A DNA stretch of 62,987 nt, counting the filler, from Octopus bimaculoides (Eukaryota): NCBI RefSeq assembly GCF_001194135.2. It is 7 parts of 7 records of this genome, joined end to end, with 100 filler letters (N's around TTAATTAATTAA, not from the genome) between each part and the next. Parts side by side here need not be neighbours in the genome. Positions count along the whole stretch, not along the records: positions 60,896 to 62,987 come from NC_068988.1; 6 more parts are not named here. The stretch is one strand, 5' to 3'. Below, one piece after another: positions 61,470 to 62,987 of the stretch; the stretch's first letter is position 1; every line of letters begins with the position of its first letter. Under the pieces are notes generated by a model. The model made no database searches, was not told where the DNA came from, and was given only the letters and a program-made list of their open reading frames with translations. Both the position numbers and the translations under genes were made by a program.

Positions 61470-62012
61470 CGCCACTAGAGTGACAAAGGGCACTAATCAG
61501 CACCAGTATTGCTAGAAGAGTCGAACAACTCAATAGCCACGGAAAGCCCTATCTTAATGAGCTGAGAAGGGAGACAAGCTCCCTACGGTCGTAGATAGAA
61601 CTAGATCACTGATGCTTAACACACTTTAATGTTCATTAGTAGCTCTCAGCCTAGGATTAAACTCTTATTTATAACAATACTGGTGACGTATATCTTTCTG
61701 CTTTTAAGTAGTGAAATTGCGAATTGGCCACCCATATTATTTATAATTTTCACATTACCGTTTATGAAATCAGCATGTTTTCAACGGAGATCTTATAAGC
61801 TGACAAGGCGAGATGAGTTTAACCCTAGTCGCGCTGAGAGCGACTGATGAGCATCAAGATGCATTAAGCATCAGAATGCAAAATCATCAGTAATCTAGTG
61901 CTATTGTCTCCCTTGTCAGTTCATTAAGATTGTACTTTTTGTGGCTTTTGAGTTGTTTCGACTCGTATTTCTAGCAATACTCGTGCTGATTAGTGCCCTT
62001 TGTCACTTTAGT

Positions 62013-62016
<4 letters not shown>
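61470..62016. mobile_element. Long-TIR MITE (~547 bp) flanked by TA
   Basis: The left end CGCCACTAGAGTGACAAAGGGCACTAATCAGCAC..GTATTGCTAGAA matches the reverse complement of the right end. Similarity extends about 110-140 bp, to AGGGAGACAA and ACTAGAT.ACTGATG. Confidence 0.88.
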
Positions 62017-62054
<38 letters not shown>

Positions 62055-62110
62055 AACACACACACACACACACACATATTTAATTACACGCATGCGCATT
62101 TTTTCTTAGG

Positions 62111-62781
62111 TTGTCGGCCACACGGTTTGGTAGGGTCAGTTGGGCACTGTCTGTACCGAGAATGATAAAAATCAAACATCCAGTCGACATCATGGTGTTT
62201 GGAGTGATCACTAGTGATGACGACGTTATGCCTCCATTAATATTCCCACACAGCCTCAGACTCAACACTGAGGCCTGCATCAAGTGCCTGGAGGAGGTAG
62301 TGCTACCCTGGGTTAAGGAGGTGGTTGCTAGAAGACCGTATGCCCGCCAACAGGACTCTGCACCATGCCACACAAGCAGGAGAATCCAGTCATGGCTGTC
62401 AGACAATTTCTGCGACCACATCACCCCTAACATTTGGCCACCTAACTCCCCAGACTGCAACTCCCTTGATTATTATGTGTGGAGCGCAGTTGAATAAGAG
62501 ACCAACAAAATTCCTTGTAGCACCAAACATGAACTGAAGGCAAAGGATTATGGCAGCATTCACCAACTTAAACAAGAAGATCATCCAGAAGAGTTGTAGG
62601 AGATTCCGAAGTCGTCTGGAGGCCGTGATTGAGGCTAACGGTGATTTTATTGAATAAATTTACTCTTTAGTATTTCAAGATATTTCTATGTAATCTTGGT
62701 AAATATATCTATTAAAATGAGATGTCCAGTGTTGTTTTCATTTTTGCGTAATTTAGACGACAGTTTATTCCCCGCTCCCTG
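62111..62781 (+). mobile_element. maT/DD37D Tc1-mariner transposon 3' half with right TIR
   Basis: Reads KHPVDIMVFGVITSD...QQDSAPCHTSRRIQSWLSDNFCDHITPNIWPPNSPDCNSLDYYVW, with 37 residues between the two Asp by my count. A premature stop lies at 62495-62497 and the C-terminus is RFRSRLEAVIEANGDFIE*. The element ends TTATTCCCCGCTCCCTG|TA. Confidence 0.92.
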
Positions 62782-62987
62782 TATGTATGTATGTATGTAT
62801 GTATGTATGTATGTATATATATATATATATGTACCAGCACGCTGAGCAAGAACACAGAGGCTCACTCAACAACATAGAAATTAAGATCTTATCCACACAT
62901 AGCACAGACGCAGCACTTAGACAAATTACAGATGCTACACACATAATAGAAGATAAACCCGAATTCTCTATCCTCCATTATATATAT

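Overview
This is AT-rich, microsatellite-saturated and gap-ridden animal genomic DNA. The SINE families, simple-repeat load and gap spacers suggest an octopus draft assembly, which is inference and not a database match. No intact multi-exon gene can be read. Most ORFs in the supplied track are translations of (TA)n/(CA)n/(CTT)n/(ATT)n repeats or of N-gaps. The interpretable content is mostly transposon fossils: three mariner (DD34D-type) fragments, a maT/DD37D 3' half, a ~1.8-kb decayed Chapaev3-like element, four R4/Dong-like RLE-LINE fragments clustered at 17.6-20.7 kb next to a (TAA)n array, an RTE LINE fragment, two MITEs, and about 20 copies of three tRNA-headed SINE families (called A, B and C here). 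There are also Penelope-like terminal repeats, two of which carry a hammerhead-ribozyme-like fold with a non-canonical core. A few short splice-site-bounded segments suggest the window lies inside a very large, micro-exon-containing + strand gene. That gene is unidentified and unproven.
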